Assembly (NCBI GenBank): GCA_964057225.1
Contig: OZ059897.1
Coordinates: 21,452,001-21,516,000 of the forward strand
Direction: 5' to 3'
Origin: Auanema rhodensis
Lineage: Eukaryota; Animalia; Nematoda
Length of the DNA: 64,000 nucleotides
In this document: positions 12,497-26,751 of the stretch, piece by piece
Layout of the letters: each line of letters begins with the position of its first letter
Position numbering within the stretch: the stretch's first letter is position 1
Position numbers and translations under genes: made by a program
The notes under the pieces: generated by a model
Seen by the model: only the letters and a program-made list of their open reading frames with translations
Database searches by the model: none
Told to the model about the DNA's origin: nothing

Positions 12497-13200
12497 TGAC
12501 TTTGAAATTTACGTGAACTTTAATTTATGCTAATTAAATGTACACGTGATGTGCACCTGGTATGTAACTCGCTCCACGTGAAAGATAAAGAGATGCGGTT
12601 TTCAAAATTAGATTCCCCATGTCCATATTAGTCTAAAAACAAATTTTTATTGATATTGGTTCATGGTAACCATGACTTTGAAATTTACGTGAACTTTAAT
12701 TTATGCTAATTAAATGTACACGTGATGTGCACTTGGTATGTAACTCGCTTCACGTGAAAGATAAAGAGATTCGGTTTTCAAAATTAGATTCCCCATGTCC
12801 ATATTAGTCTAAAAACAAATTTTTATTGATATTGGTGCATGGTAACCATGACTTTGAAATTTACGTGAACTTTAATTTATGCTAATTAAATGTACACGTG
12901 ATGTGCACTTGGTATGTAACTCGCTTCACGTGAAAGATAAAGAGATGCGGTTTTCAAAATTAGATTCCCCATGTCCATATTAGTCTAAAAACAAATTTTT
13001 ATTGATATTGGTGCATGGTAACCATGACTTTGAAATTTACGTGAACTTTAATTTATGCTAATTAAATGTACACGTGATGTGCACTTGGTATGTAACTCGC
13101 TTCACGTGAAAGATAAAGAGATGCGGTTTTCAAAATTAGATTCCCCATGTCCATATTAGTCTAAAAACAAATTTTTATTGATATTGGTGCATGGTAACCA

Positions 13201-15312
13201 TGACTTTGAAATTTACGTGAACTTTAATTTATGCTAATTAAATGTACACGTGATGTGCACTTGGTATGTAACTCGCTCCACGTGAAAGATAAAGAGATGC
13301 GGTTTTCAAAATTAGATTCCCCATGTCCATATTAGTCTAAAAACAAATTTTTATTGATATTGGTTCATGGTAACCATGACTTTGAAATTTACGTGAACTT
13401 TAATTTATGCTAATTAAATGTACACGTGATGTGCACTTGGTATGTAACTCGCTTCACGTGAGAGATAAAGAGATGCGGTTTTCAAAATTAGATTCCCCAT
13501 GTCCATATTAGTCTAAAAACAAATTATTATTGATATTGGTGCATGGTAACCATGACTTTGAAATTTACGTGAACTTTAATTTATGCTAATTAAATGTACA
13601 CGTGATGTGCACTTGGTATGTAACTCGCTTCACGTGAAAGATGAAGAGATGCGGTTTTCAAAATTAGATTCCCCATGTCCATATTAGTCTAAAAATAAAT
13701 TTTTATTGATATTGGTTCATGGTAACCATGACTTTGAAATTTACGTGAACTTTAATTTATGCTAATTAAATGTACACGTGATGTGCACCTGGTATGTAAC
13801 TCGCTCCACGTGAAAGATAAAGAGATGCGGTTTTTAAAATTAGATTCCCCATGTCCATATTAGTCTAAAAACAAATTTTTATTGATATTGGTTCATGGTA
13901 ACCATGACTTTGAAATTTACGTGAACTTTAATTTATGCTAATTAAATGTACACGTGATGTGCACTTGGTATGTAACTCGCTTCACGTGAAAGATAAAGAG
14001 ATTCGGTTTTCAAAATTAGATTCCCCATGTCCATATTAGTCTAAAAACAAATTTTTATTGATATTGGTGCATGGTAACCATGACTTTGAAATTTACGTGA
14101 ACTTTAATTTATGCTAATTAAATGTACACGTGATGTGCACTTGGTATGTAACTCGCTTCACGTGAAAGATAAAGAGATGCGGTTTTCAAAATTAGATTCC
14201 CCATGTCCATATTAGTCTAAAAACAAATTTTTATTGATATTGGTGCATGGTAACCATGACTTTGAAATTTACGTGAACTTTAATTTATGCTAATTAAATG
14301 TACACGTGATGTGCACTTGGTATGTAACTCGCTCCACGTGAAAGATAAAGAGATGCGGTTTTCAAAATTAGATTCCCCATGTCCATATTAGTCTAAAAAC
14401 AAATTTTTATTGATATTGGTTCATGGTAACCATGACTTTGAAATTTACGTGAACTTTAATTTATGCTAATTAAATGTACACGTGATGTGCACTTGGTATG
14501 TAACTCGCTTCACGTGAGAGATAAAGAGATGCGGTTTTCAAAATTAGATTCCCCATGTCCATATTAGTCTAAAAACAAATTATTATTGATATTGGTGCAT
14601 GGTAACCATGACTTTGAAATTTACGTGAACTTTAATTTATGCTAATTAAATGTACACGTGATGTGCACTTGGTATGTAACTCGCTTCACGTGAAAGATGA
14701 AGAGATGCGGTTTTCAAAATTAGATTCCCCATGTCCATATTAGTCTAAAAATAAATTTTTATTGATATTGGTTCATGGTAACCATGACTTTGAAATTTAC
14801 GTGAACTTTAATTTATGCTAATTAAATGTACACGTGATGTGCACCTGGTATGTAACTCGCTCCACGTGAAAGATAAAGAGATGCGGTTTTCAAAATTAGA
14901 TTCCCCATGTCCATATTAGTCTAAAAACAAATTTTTATTGATATTGGTTCATGGTAACCATGACTTTGAAATTTACGTGAACTTTAATTTATGCTAATTA
15001 AATGTACACGTGATGTGCACTTGGTATGTAACTCGCTTCACGTGAAAGATAAAGAGATTCGGTTTTCAAAATTAGATTCCCCATGTCCATATTAGTCTAA
15101 AAACAAATTTTTATTGATATTGGTGCATGGTAACCATGACTTTGAAATTTACGTGAACTTTAATTTATGCTAATTAAATGTACACGTGATGTGCACTTGG
15201 TATGTAACTCGCTTCACGTGAAAGATAAAGAGATGCGGTTTTCAAAATTAGATTCCCCATGTCCATATTAGTCTAAAAACAAATTTTTATTGATATTGGT
15301 GCATGGTAACCA
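13201..15312 (+). repeat. 6-mer (1056 bp) tandem duplication
   Basis: The order [CTCCAC][GTGAGAG+AAATTATTAT][GATGAAG+AAATAAA][CACCTGG+CTCCAC][ATTCGG][consensus] occurs at 13201-14256 and 14257-15312. One difference seen (TTTTTAAA near 13835). Confidence 0.88.
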
Positions 15313-17775
15313 TGACTTTGAAATTTACGTGAACTTTAATTTATGCTAATTAAATGTACACGTGATGTGCACTTGGTATGTAACTCGCTTCACGTGAAAG
15401 ATAAAGAGATGCGGTTTTCAAAATTAGATTCCCCATGTCCATATTAGTCTAAAAACAAATTTTTATTGATATTGGTGCATGGTAACCATGACTTTGAAAT
15501 TTACGTGAACTTTAATTTATGCTAATTAGATGTACACGTGATGTGCACTTGGTATGTAACTCGCTTCACGTGAAAGATAAAGAGATGCGGTTTTCAAAAT
15601 TAGATTCCCCATGTCCATATTAGTCTAAAAACAAATTTTTATTGATATTGGTGCATGGTAACCATGACTTTGAAATTTACGTGAACTTTAATTTATGCTA
15701 ATTAAATGTACACGTGATGTGCACTTGGTATGTAACTCGCTTCACGTGAAAGATAAAGAGATGCGGTTTTCAAAATTAGATTCCCCATGTCCATATTAGT
15801 CTAAAAACAAATTTTTTTGATATTGGTGCATGGTAACCAAGACTTTGAAATTTACGTGAACTTTAATTTATGCTAATTAAATGTACACGTGATGTGCACT
15901 TGGTATGTAACTCGCTCCACGTGAACGATAAAGAGATGCGGTTTTCAAAATTAGATTCCCCATGTCCATATTAGTCTAAAAACAAATTTTTATTGATATT
16001 GGTTCATGGTAACCATGACTTTGAAATTTACGTGAACTTTATTTTATGCTAATTAAATGTACACATGATGTGCACTTGGTATGTAACTCGCTTCACGTGA
16101 AAGATAAAGAGATGCGGTTTTCAAAATTAGATTCCCCATGTCCATATTAGTCTAAAAACAAATTTTTATTGATATTGGTGCATGGTAACCATGACTTTGA
16201 AATTTACGTGAACTTTAATTTATGCTAATTAAATGTACACGTGATGTGCACTTGGTATGTAACTCGCTTCACGTAGAAGATGAAGAGATGCGGTTTACAA
16301 AATTAGATTCCTCATGTCCATATTAGTCTAAAAACAAATTTTTATTGATATTGGTGCATGGTAACCATGACTTTGAAATTTACGTGAACTTTAATTTATG
16401 CTAATTAAATGTACACGTGATGTGCACTTGGTATGTAACTCGCTCCACGTGAAAGATAAAGAGATGCGGTTTTAAAAATTAGATTCCCCATGTCCATATT
16501 AGTCTAAAAACAAGTTTTTATTGATATTGGTGCATGGTAACCATGACTTTGAAATTTACGTGAACTTTAATTTATGCTAATTAAATGTACACGTGATGTG
16601 CACTTGGTATGTAACTCGCTTCACGTAAAAGATAAAGAGATGCGGTTTTCAAAATTAGATTCCCCATGTCCATATTAGTCTAAAAACAAATTTTTATTGG
16701 TATTGGTGCATGGTAACCATGACTTTGAAATTTACGTGAACTTTAATTTATGCTAATTAAATGTACACGTGATGTGCACTTGGTATGTAACTCGCTCCAC
16801 GTGAAAGATAAAGAGATGCGGTTTTCAAAATTAGATTCCCCATGTCCATATTAGTCTAAAAACAAATTTTTATTGATATTGGTTCATGGTAACCATGACT
16901 TTGAAATTTACGTGAACTTTATTTTATGCTAATTAAATGTACACGTGATGTGCACTTGGTATGTAACTCGCTTCACGTGAAAGATAAAGAGATGCGGTTT
17001 TCAAAATTAGATTCCCCATGTCCATATTAGTCTAAAAACAAATTTTTATTGATATTGGTGCATGGTAACCATGACTTTGAAATTTACGTGAACTTTAACT
17101 TATGCTAATTAAATGTACACGTGATGTGCACTTGGTATGTAACTCGCTTCACGTAGAAGATGAAGAGATGCGGTTTACAAAATTAGATTCCTCATGTCCA
17201 TATTAGTCTAAAAACAAATTTTTATTGATATTGGTGCATGGTAACCATGACTTTGAAATTTACGTGAACTTTAATTTATGCTAATTAAATGTACACGTGA
17301 TGTGCACTTGGTATGTAACTCGCTTCACGTGAAAGATCAAGAGATGCGGTTTTCAAAATTAGATTCCCCATGTCCATATTAGTCTAAAAACAAATTTTTA
17401 TTGATATTGGTTCATGGTAACCATGACTTTGAAATTTACGTGAACTTTAATTTATGCTAATTAAATGTACACGTGATGTGCACTTGGTATGTAACTCGCT
17501 TCACATGAAAGATCAAGAGATGCGGTTTTCAAAATTAGATTCCCCATGTCCATATTAGTCTAAAAACAAATTTTTATTGATATTGGTTCATGGTAACCAT
17601 GACTTTGAAATTTACGTGAACTTTAATTTATGCTAATTAAATGTACACGTGATGTGCACTTGGTATGTAACTCGCTTCACATGAAAGATCAAGAGATGCG
17701 GTTTTCAAAATTAGATTCCCCATGTCCATATTAGTCTAAAAACAAATTTTTATTGATATTGGTGCATGGTAACCA

Positions 17776-20700
17776 TGACTTTGAAATTTACGTGAACTTT
17801 AATTTATGCTAATTAAATGTACACGTGATGTGCACTTGGTATGTAACTCGCTCCACGTGAAAGATAAAGAGATGCGGTTTTAAAAATTAGATTCCCCATG
17901 TCCATATTAGTCTAAAAACAAGTTTTTATTGATATTGGTGCATGGTAACCATGACTTTGAAATTTACGTGAACTTTAATTTATGCTAATTAAATGTACAC
18001 GTGATGTGCACTTGGTATGTAACTCGCTTCACGTAAAAGATAAAGAGATGCGGTTTTCAAAATTAGATTCCCCATGTCCATATTAGTCTAAAAACAAATT
18101 TTTATTGATATAGGTGCATGGTAACCATGACTTTGAAATTTACGTGAACTTTAATTTATGCTAATTAAATGTACACGTTATGTGCACTTGGTATGGAACT
18201 CGCTTCACGTGAAAGATAAAGTGATGCGGTTTTCAAAATTAGATTCCCCATGTCCATATTAGTCTAAAAACAAATTTTTATTGATATTGGTTCATGGTAA
18301 CCATGAATTTGAAATTTACGTGAACTTTAATTTATGCTAATTAAATGTACACGTGATGTGCACTTGGTATGTAACTCGCTTCACATGAAAGATCAAGAGA
18401 TGCGGTTTTCAAAATTAGATTCCCCATGTCCATATTAGTCTAAAAACAAATTTTTATCGATATTGGTGCATGGTAACCATGACTTTGAAATTTACGTGAA
18501 CTTTAATTTATGCTAATTAAATGTACACGTGATGTGCACTTGGTATGTAACTCGCTCCACGTGAAAGATAAAGAGATGCGGTTTTAAAAATTAGATTCCC
18601 CATGTCCATATTAGTCTAAAAACAAGTTTTTATTGATATTGGTGCATGGTAACCATGACTTTGAAATTTACGTGAACTTTAATTTATGCTAATTAAATGT
18701 ACACGTGATGTGCACTTGGTATGTAACTCGCTTCACGTAAACGATAAAGAGATGCGGTTTTCAAAATTAGATTCCCCATGTCCATATTAGTCTAAAAACA
18801 AATTTTTATTGATATAGGTGCATGGTAACCATGACTTTGAAATTTACGTGAACTTTAATTTATGCTAATTAAATGTACACGTTATGTGCACTTGGTATGG
18901 AACTCGCTTCACGTGAAAGATAAAGTGATGCGGTTTTCAAAATTAGATTCCCCATGTCCATATTAGTCTAAAAACAAATTTTTATTGATATTGGTTCATG
19001 GTAACCATGAATTTGAAATTTACGTGAACTTTAATTTATGCTAATTAAATGTACACGTGATGTGCACTTGGTATGTAACTCGCTTCACATGAAAGATCAA
19101 GAGATGCGGTTTTCAAAATTAGATTCCCCATGTCCATATTAGTCTAAAAACAAATTTTTATCGATATTGGTGCATGGTAACCATGACTTTGAAATTTACG
19201 TGAACTTTAATTTATGCTAATTAAATGTACACGTGATGTGCACTTGGTATGTAACTCGCTCCACGTGAAAGATAAAGAGATGCGGTTTTAAAAATTAGAT
19301 TCCCCATGTCCATATTAGTCTAAAAACAAGTTTTTATTGATATTGGTGCATGGTAACCATGACTTTGAAATTTACGTGAACTTTAATTTATGCTAATTAA
19401 ATGTACACGTGATGTGCACTTGGTATGTAACTCGCTTCACGTAAACGATAAAGAGATGCGGTTTTCAAAATTAGATTCCCCATGTCCATATTAGTCTAAA
19501 AACAAATTTTTATTGATGTAGGTGCATGGTAACCATGACTTTGAAATTTACGTGAACTTTAATTTATGCTAATTAAATGTACACGTTATGTGCACTTGGT
19601 ATGGAACTCGCTTCACGTGAAAGATAAAGTGATGCGGTTTTCAAAATTAGATTCCCCATGTCCATATTAGTCTAAAAACAAATTTTTATTGATATTGGTT
19701 CATGGTAACCATGAATTTGAAATTTACGTGAACTTTAATTTATGCTAATTAAATGTACACGTGATGTGCACTTGGTATGTAACTCGCTCCACGTGAAAGA
19801 TAAAGAGATGCGGTTTTCAAAATTAGATTCCCCATGTCCATATTAGTCTAAAAACAAATTTTTATTGATATTGGTGTATGGTAACCATGACTTTGAAATT
19901 TACGTGAACTTTAATTTATGCTAATTAAATGTACACGTGATGTGCACTTGGTATGTAACTCGCTTCACGTAGAAGATGAAGAGATGGGGTTTACAAAATT
20001 AGATTCCTCATGTCCATATTAGTCTAAAAACAAATTTTTATTGATATTGGTGCATGGTAACCATGACTTTGAAATTTACGTGAACTTTAATTTATGCTAA
20101 TTAAATGTACACGTGATGTGCACTTGGTATGTAACTCGCTTCACGTGAAAGATCAAGAGATGCGGTTTTCAAAATTAGATTCCCTATGTCCATATTAGTC
20201 TAAAAACAAATTTTTATTGATATTGGTTCATGGTAACCATGACTTTGAAATTTACGTGAACTTTAATTTATGCTAATTAAATGTACACGTGATGTGCACT
20301 TGGTATGTAACTCGCTTCACATGAAAGATCAAGAGATGCGGTTTTCAAAATTAGATTCCCCATGTCCATATTAGTCTAAAAACAAATTTTTATTGATATT
20401 GGTTCATGGTAACCATGACTTTGAAATTTACGTGAACTTTAATTTATGCTAATTAAATGTACACGTGATGTGCTCTTGGTATGTAACTCGCTTCACATGA
20501 AAGATCAAGAGATGCGGTTTTCAAAATTAGATTCCCCATGTCCATATTAGTCTAAAAACAAATTTTTATTGATATTGGTGCATGGTAACCATGACTTTGA
20601 AATTTACGTGAACTTTAATTTATGCTAATTAAATGTACACGTGATGTGCACTTGGTATGTAACTCGCTTCACGTAAAAGATAAAGAGATGCGGTTTTCAA

Positions 20701-21647
20701 AATTAGATTCCCCATGTCCATATTAGTCTAAAAACAAATTTTTATTGATATAGGTGCATGGTAACCATGACTTTGAAATTTACGTGAACTTTAATTTATG
20801 CTAATTAAATGTACACGTTATGTGCACTTGGTATGGAACTCGCTTCACGTGAAAGATAAAGTGATGCGGTTTTCAAAATTAGATTCCCCATGTCCATATT
20901 AGTCTAAAAACAAATTTTTATTGATATTGGTTCATGGTAACCATGAATTTGAAATTTACGTGAACTTTAATTTATGCTAATTAAATGTACACGTGATGTG
21001 CACTTGGTATGTAACTCGCTTCACATGAAAGATCAAGAGATGCGGTTTTCAAAATTAGATTCCCCATGTCCATATTAGTCTAAAAACAAATTTTTATCGA
21101 TATTGGTGCATGGTAACCATGACTTTGAAATTTACGTGAACTTTAATTTATGCTAATTAAATGTACACGTGATGTGCACTTGGTATGTAACTCGCTCCAC
21201 GTGAAAGATAAAGAGATGCGGTTTTAAAAATTAGATTCCCCATGTCCATATTAGTCTAAAAACAAGTTTTTATTGATATTGGTGCATGGTAACCATGACT
21301 TTGAAATTTACGTGAACTTTAATTTATGCTAATTAAATGTACACGTGATGTGCACTTGGTATGTAACTCGCTTCACGTAAAAGATAAAGAGATGCGGTTT
21401 TCAAAATTAGATTCCCCATGTCCATATTAGTCTAAAAACAAATTTTTATTGATATAGGTGCATGGTAACCATGACTTTGAAATTTACGTGAACTTTAATT
21501 TATGCTAATTAAATGTACACGTTATGTGCACTTGGTATGGAACTCGCTTCACGTGAAAGATAAAGTGATGCGGTTTTCAAAATTAGATTCCCCATGTCCA
21601 TATTAGTCTAAAAACAAATTTTTATTGATATTGGTTCATGGTAACCA
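17776..21647 (+). repeat. 4-mer (704 bp) higher-order repeat, about 3 tandem copies plus about 1.5 more after an interruption
   Basis: The order [CTCCAC+TTTTAAAA+CAAGTTT][CGTAAA+TAGGTG][GTTATG+TGGAAC+AAGTGATG][GAATTT+CACATG+GATCAA+ATCGAT] starts at 17776, 18480 and 19184 and resumes at 20592-21647. Confidence 0.87.
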
Positions 21648-24600
21648 TGAATTTGAAATTTACGTGAACTTTAATTTATGCTAATTAAATGTACACGTGA
21701 TGTGCACTTGGTATGTAACTCGCTTCACGTGAAAGATAAAGAGATTCGGTTTTCAAAATTAGATTCCCCATGTCCATATTAGTCTAAAAACAAATTTTTA
21801 TTGATATTGGTGCATGGTAACCATGACTTTGAAATTTACGTGAACTTTAATTTATGCTAATTAAATGTACACGTGATGTGCACTTGGTATGTAACTCGCT
21901 TCACGTGAAAGATAAAGAGATGCGGTTTTCAAAATTAGATTCCCCATGTCCATATTAGTCTAAAAACAAATTTTTATTGATATTGGTGCATGGTAACCAT
22001 GACTTTGAAATTTACGTGAACTTTAATTTATGCTAATTAAATGTACACGTGATGTGCACTTGGTATGTAACTCGCTCCACGTGAAAGATAAAGAGATGCG
22101 GTTTTAAAAATTAGATTCCCCATGTCCATATTAGTCTAAAAACAAATTTTTATTGATATTGGTGCATGGTAACCATGACTTTGAAATTTACGTGAACTTT
22201 AATTTATGCTAATTAAATGTACACGTGATGTGCACTTGGTATGGAACTCGCTTCACGTGAAAGATAAAGTGATGCGGTTTTCAAAATTAGATTCCCCATG
22301 TCCATATTAGTCTAAAAACAAATTTTTATTGATATTGGTTCATGGTAACCATGAATTTGAAATTTACGTGAACTTTAATTTATGCTAATTAAATGTACAC
22401 GTGATGTGCACTTGGTATGTAACTCGCTTCACGTGAAAGATAAAGAGATTCGGTTTTCAAAATTAGATTCCCCATGTCCATATTAGTCTAAAAACAAATT
22501 TTTATTGATATTGGTGCATGGTAACCATGACTTTGAAATTTACGTGAACTTTAATTTATGCTAATTAAATGTACACGTGATGTGCACTTGGTATGTAACT
22601 CGCTTCACGTGAAAGATAAAGAGATGCGGTTTTCAAAATTAGATTCCCCATGTCCATATTAGTCTAAAAACAAATTTTTATTGATATTGGTGCATGGTAA
22701 CCATGACTTTGAAATTTACGTGAACTTTAATTTATGCTAATTAAATGTACACGTGATGTGCACTTGGTATGTAACTCGCTTCACGTGAAAGATGAAGAGA
22801 TGCGGTTTTCAAAATTAGATTCCCCATGTCCATATTAGTCTAAAAACAAATTTTTATTGATATTGGTTCATGGTAACCATGACTTTGAAATTTACGTGAA
22901 CTTTAATTTATGCTAATTAAATGTACACGTGATGTGCACTTGGTATGTAACTCGCTTCACGTGAAAGATAAAGAGATTCGGTTTTCAAAATTAGATTCCC
23001 CATGTCCATATTAGTCTAAAAACAAATTTTTATTGATATTGGTGTATGGTAACCATGACTTTGAAATTTACGTGAACTTTAATTTATGCTAATTAAATGT
23101 ACACTTGATGTGCACTTGGTATGTAACTCGCTTCACGTGAAAGATAAAGAGATTCGGTTTTCAAAATTAGATTCCCCATGTCCATATTAGTCTAAAAACA
23201 AATTTTTATGGATATTGGTGCATGGTAACCATGACTTTGAAATTTACGTGAACTTTAATTTATGCTAATTAAATGTACACGTTATGTGCACTTGGTATGG
23301 AACTCGCTTCACGTGAAAGATAAAGTGATGCGGTTTTCAAAATTAGATTCCCCATGTCCATATTAGTCTAAAAACAAATTTTTATTGATATTGGTGTATG
23401 GTAACCATGACTTTGAAATTTACGTGAACTTTAATTTATGCTAATTAAATGTACACTTGATGTGCACTTGGTATGTAACTCGCTTCACGTGAAAGATAAA
23501 GAGATTCGGTTTTCAAAATTAGATTCCCCATGTCCATATTAGTCTAAAAACAAATTTTTATTGATATTGGTGCATGGTAACCATGACTTTGAAATTTACG
23601 TGAACTTTAATTTATGCTAATTAAATGTACACGTTATGTGCACTTGGTATGGAACTCGCTTCACGTGAAAGATAAAGTGATGCGGTTTTCAAAATTAGAT
23701 TCCCCATGTCCATATTAGTCTAAAAACAAATTTTTATTGATATTGGTTCATGGTAACCATGAATTTGAAATTTACGTGAACTTTAATTTATGCTAATTAA
23801 ATGTACACGTGATGTGCACTTGGTATGTAACTCGCTTCACGTGAAAGATAAAGAGATTCGGTTTTCAAAATTAGATTCCCCATGTCCATATTAGTCTAAA
23901 AACAAATTTTTATTGATATTGGTGCATGGTAACCATGACTTTGAAATTTACGTGAACTTTAATTTATGCTAATTAAATGTACACGTGATGTGCACTTGGT
24001 ATGTAACTCGCTTCACGTGAAAGATAAAGAGATGCGGTTTTCAAAATTAGATTCCCCATGTCCATATTAGTCTAAAAACAAATTTTTATTGATATTGGTG
24101 CATGGTAACCATGACTTTGAAATTTACGTGAACTTTAATTTATGCTAATTAAATGTACACGTTATGTGCACTTGGTATGGAACTCGCTTCACGTGAAAGA
24201 TAAAGTGATGCGGTTTTCAAAATTAGATTCCCCATGTCCATATTAGTCTAAAAACAAATTTTTATTGATATTGGTTCATGGTAACCATGAATTTGAAATT
24301 TACGTGAACTTTAATTTATGCTAATTAAATGTACACGTGATGTGCACTTGGTATGTAACTCGCTTCACGTGAAAGATAAAGAGATTCGGTTTTCAAAATT
24401 AGATTCCCCATGTCCATATTAGTCTAAAAACAAATTTTTATTGATATTGGTGCATGGTAACCATGACTTTGAAATTTACGTGAACTTTAATTTATGCTAA
24501 TTAAATGTACACGTGATGTGCACTTGGTATGTAACTCGCTTCACGTGAAAGATAAAGAGATGCGGTTTTCAAAATTAGATTCCCCATGTCCATATTAGTC

Positions 24601-26751
24601 TAAAAACAAATTTTTATTGATATTGGTGCATGGTAACCATGACTTTGAAATTTACGTGAACTTTAATTTATGCTAATTAAATGTACACGTGATGTGCACT
24701 TGGTATGTAACTCGCTCCACGTGAAAGATAAAGAGATGCGGTTTTAAAAATTAGATTCCCCATGTCCATATTAGTCTAAAAACAAATTTTTATTGATATT
24801 GGTGCATGGTAACCATGACTTTGAAATTTACGTGAACTTTAATTTATGCTAATTAAATGTACACGTGATGTGCACTTGGTATGGAACTCGCTTCACGTGA
24901 AAGATAAAGTGATGCGGTTTTCAAAATTAGATTCCCCATGTCCATATTAGTCTAAAAACAAATTTTTATTGATATTGGTTCATGGTAACCATGAATTTGA
25001 AATTTACGTGAACTTTAATTTATGCTAATTAAATGTACACGTGATGTGCACTTGGTATGTAACTCGCTTCACGTGAAAGATAAAGAGATTCGGTTTTCAA
25101 AATTAGATTCCCCATGTCCATATTAGTCTAAAAACAAATTTTTATTGATATTGGTGCATGGTAACCATGACTTTGAAATTTACGTGAACTTTAATTTATG
25201 CTAATTAAATGTACACGTGATGTGCACTTGGTATGTAACTCGCTTCACGTGAAAGATAAAGAGATGCGGTTTTCAAAATTAGATTCCCCATGTCCATATT
25301 AGTCTAAAAACAAATTTTTATTGATATTGGTGCATGGTAACCATGACTTTGAAATTTACGTGAACTTTAATTTATGCTAATTAAATGTACACGTGATGTG
25401 CACTTGGTATGTAACTCGCTTCACGTGAAAGATGAAGAGATGCGGTTTTCAAAATTAGATTCCCCATGTCCATATTAGTCTAAAAACAAATTTTTATTGA
25501 TATTGGTTCATGGTAACCATGACTTTGAAATTTACGTGAACTTTAATTTATGCTAATTAAATGTACACGTGATGTGCACTTGGTATGTAACTCGCTTCAC
25601 GTGAAAGATAAAGAGATTCGGTTTTCAAAATTAGATTCCCCATGTCCATATTAGTCTAAAAACAAATTTTTATTGATATTGGTGTATGGTAACCATGACT
25701 TTGAAATTTACGTGAACTTTAATTTATGCTAATTAAATGTACACTTGATGTGCACTTGGTATGTAACTCGCTTCACGTGAAAGATAAAGAGATTCGGTTT
25801 TCAAAATTAGATTCCCCATGTCCATATTAGTCTAAAAACAAATTTTTATTGATATTGGTGCATGGTAACCATGACTTTGAAATTTACGTGAACTTTAATT
25901 TATGCTAATTAAATGTACACGTTATGTGCACTTGGTATGGAACTCGCTTCACGTGAAAGATAAAGTGATGCGGTTTTCAAAATTAGATTCCCCATGTCCA
26001 TATTAGTCTAAAAACAAATTTTTATTGATATTGGTGTATGGTAACCATGACTTTGAAATTTACGTGAACTTTAATTTATGCTAATTAAATGTACACTTGA
26101 TGTGCACTTGGTATGTAACTCGCTTCACGTGAAAGATAAAGAGATTCGGTTTTCAAAATTAGATTCCCCATGTCCATATTAGTCTAAAAACAAATTTTTA
26201 TTGATATTGGTGCATGGTAACCATGACTTTGAAATTTACGTGAACTTTAATTTATGCTAATTAAATGTACACGTTATGTGCACTTGGTATGGAACTCGCT
26301 TCACGTGAAAGATAAAGTGATGCGGTTTTCAAAATTAGATTCCCCATGTCCATATTAGTCTAAAAACAAATTTTTATTGATATTGGTTCATGGTAACCAT
26401 GAATTTGAAATTTACGTGAACTTTAATTTATGCTAATTAAATGTACACGTGATGTGCACTTGGTATGTAACTCGCTTCACGTGAAAGATAAAGAGATTCG
26501 GTTTTCAAAATTAGATTCCCCATGTCCATATTAGTCTAAAAACAAATTTTTATTGATATTGGTGCATGGTAACGATGACTTTGAAATTTACGTGAACTTT
26601 AATTTATGCTAATTAAATGTACACGTGATGTGCACTTGGTATGTAACTCGCTTCACGTGAAAGATAAAGAGATGCGGTTTTCAAAATTAGATTCCCCATG
26701 TCCATATTAGTCTAAAAACAAATTTTTATTGATATTGGTGCATGGTAACCA
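21472..26751 (+). repeat. 15-mer (2640 bp) tandem duplication
   Basis: Printed lines 21481-24120 match 24121-26760 line for line. Only two differences seen, at 23210 (G) and 26574 (G). Confidence 0.92.
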
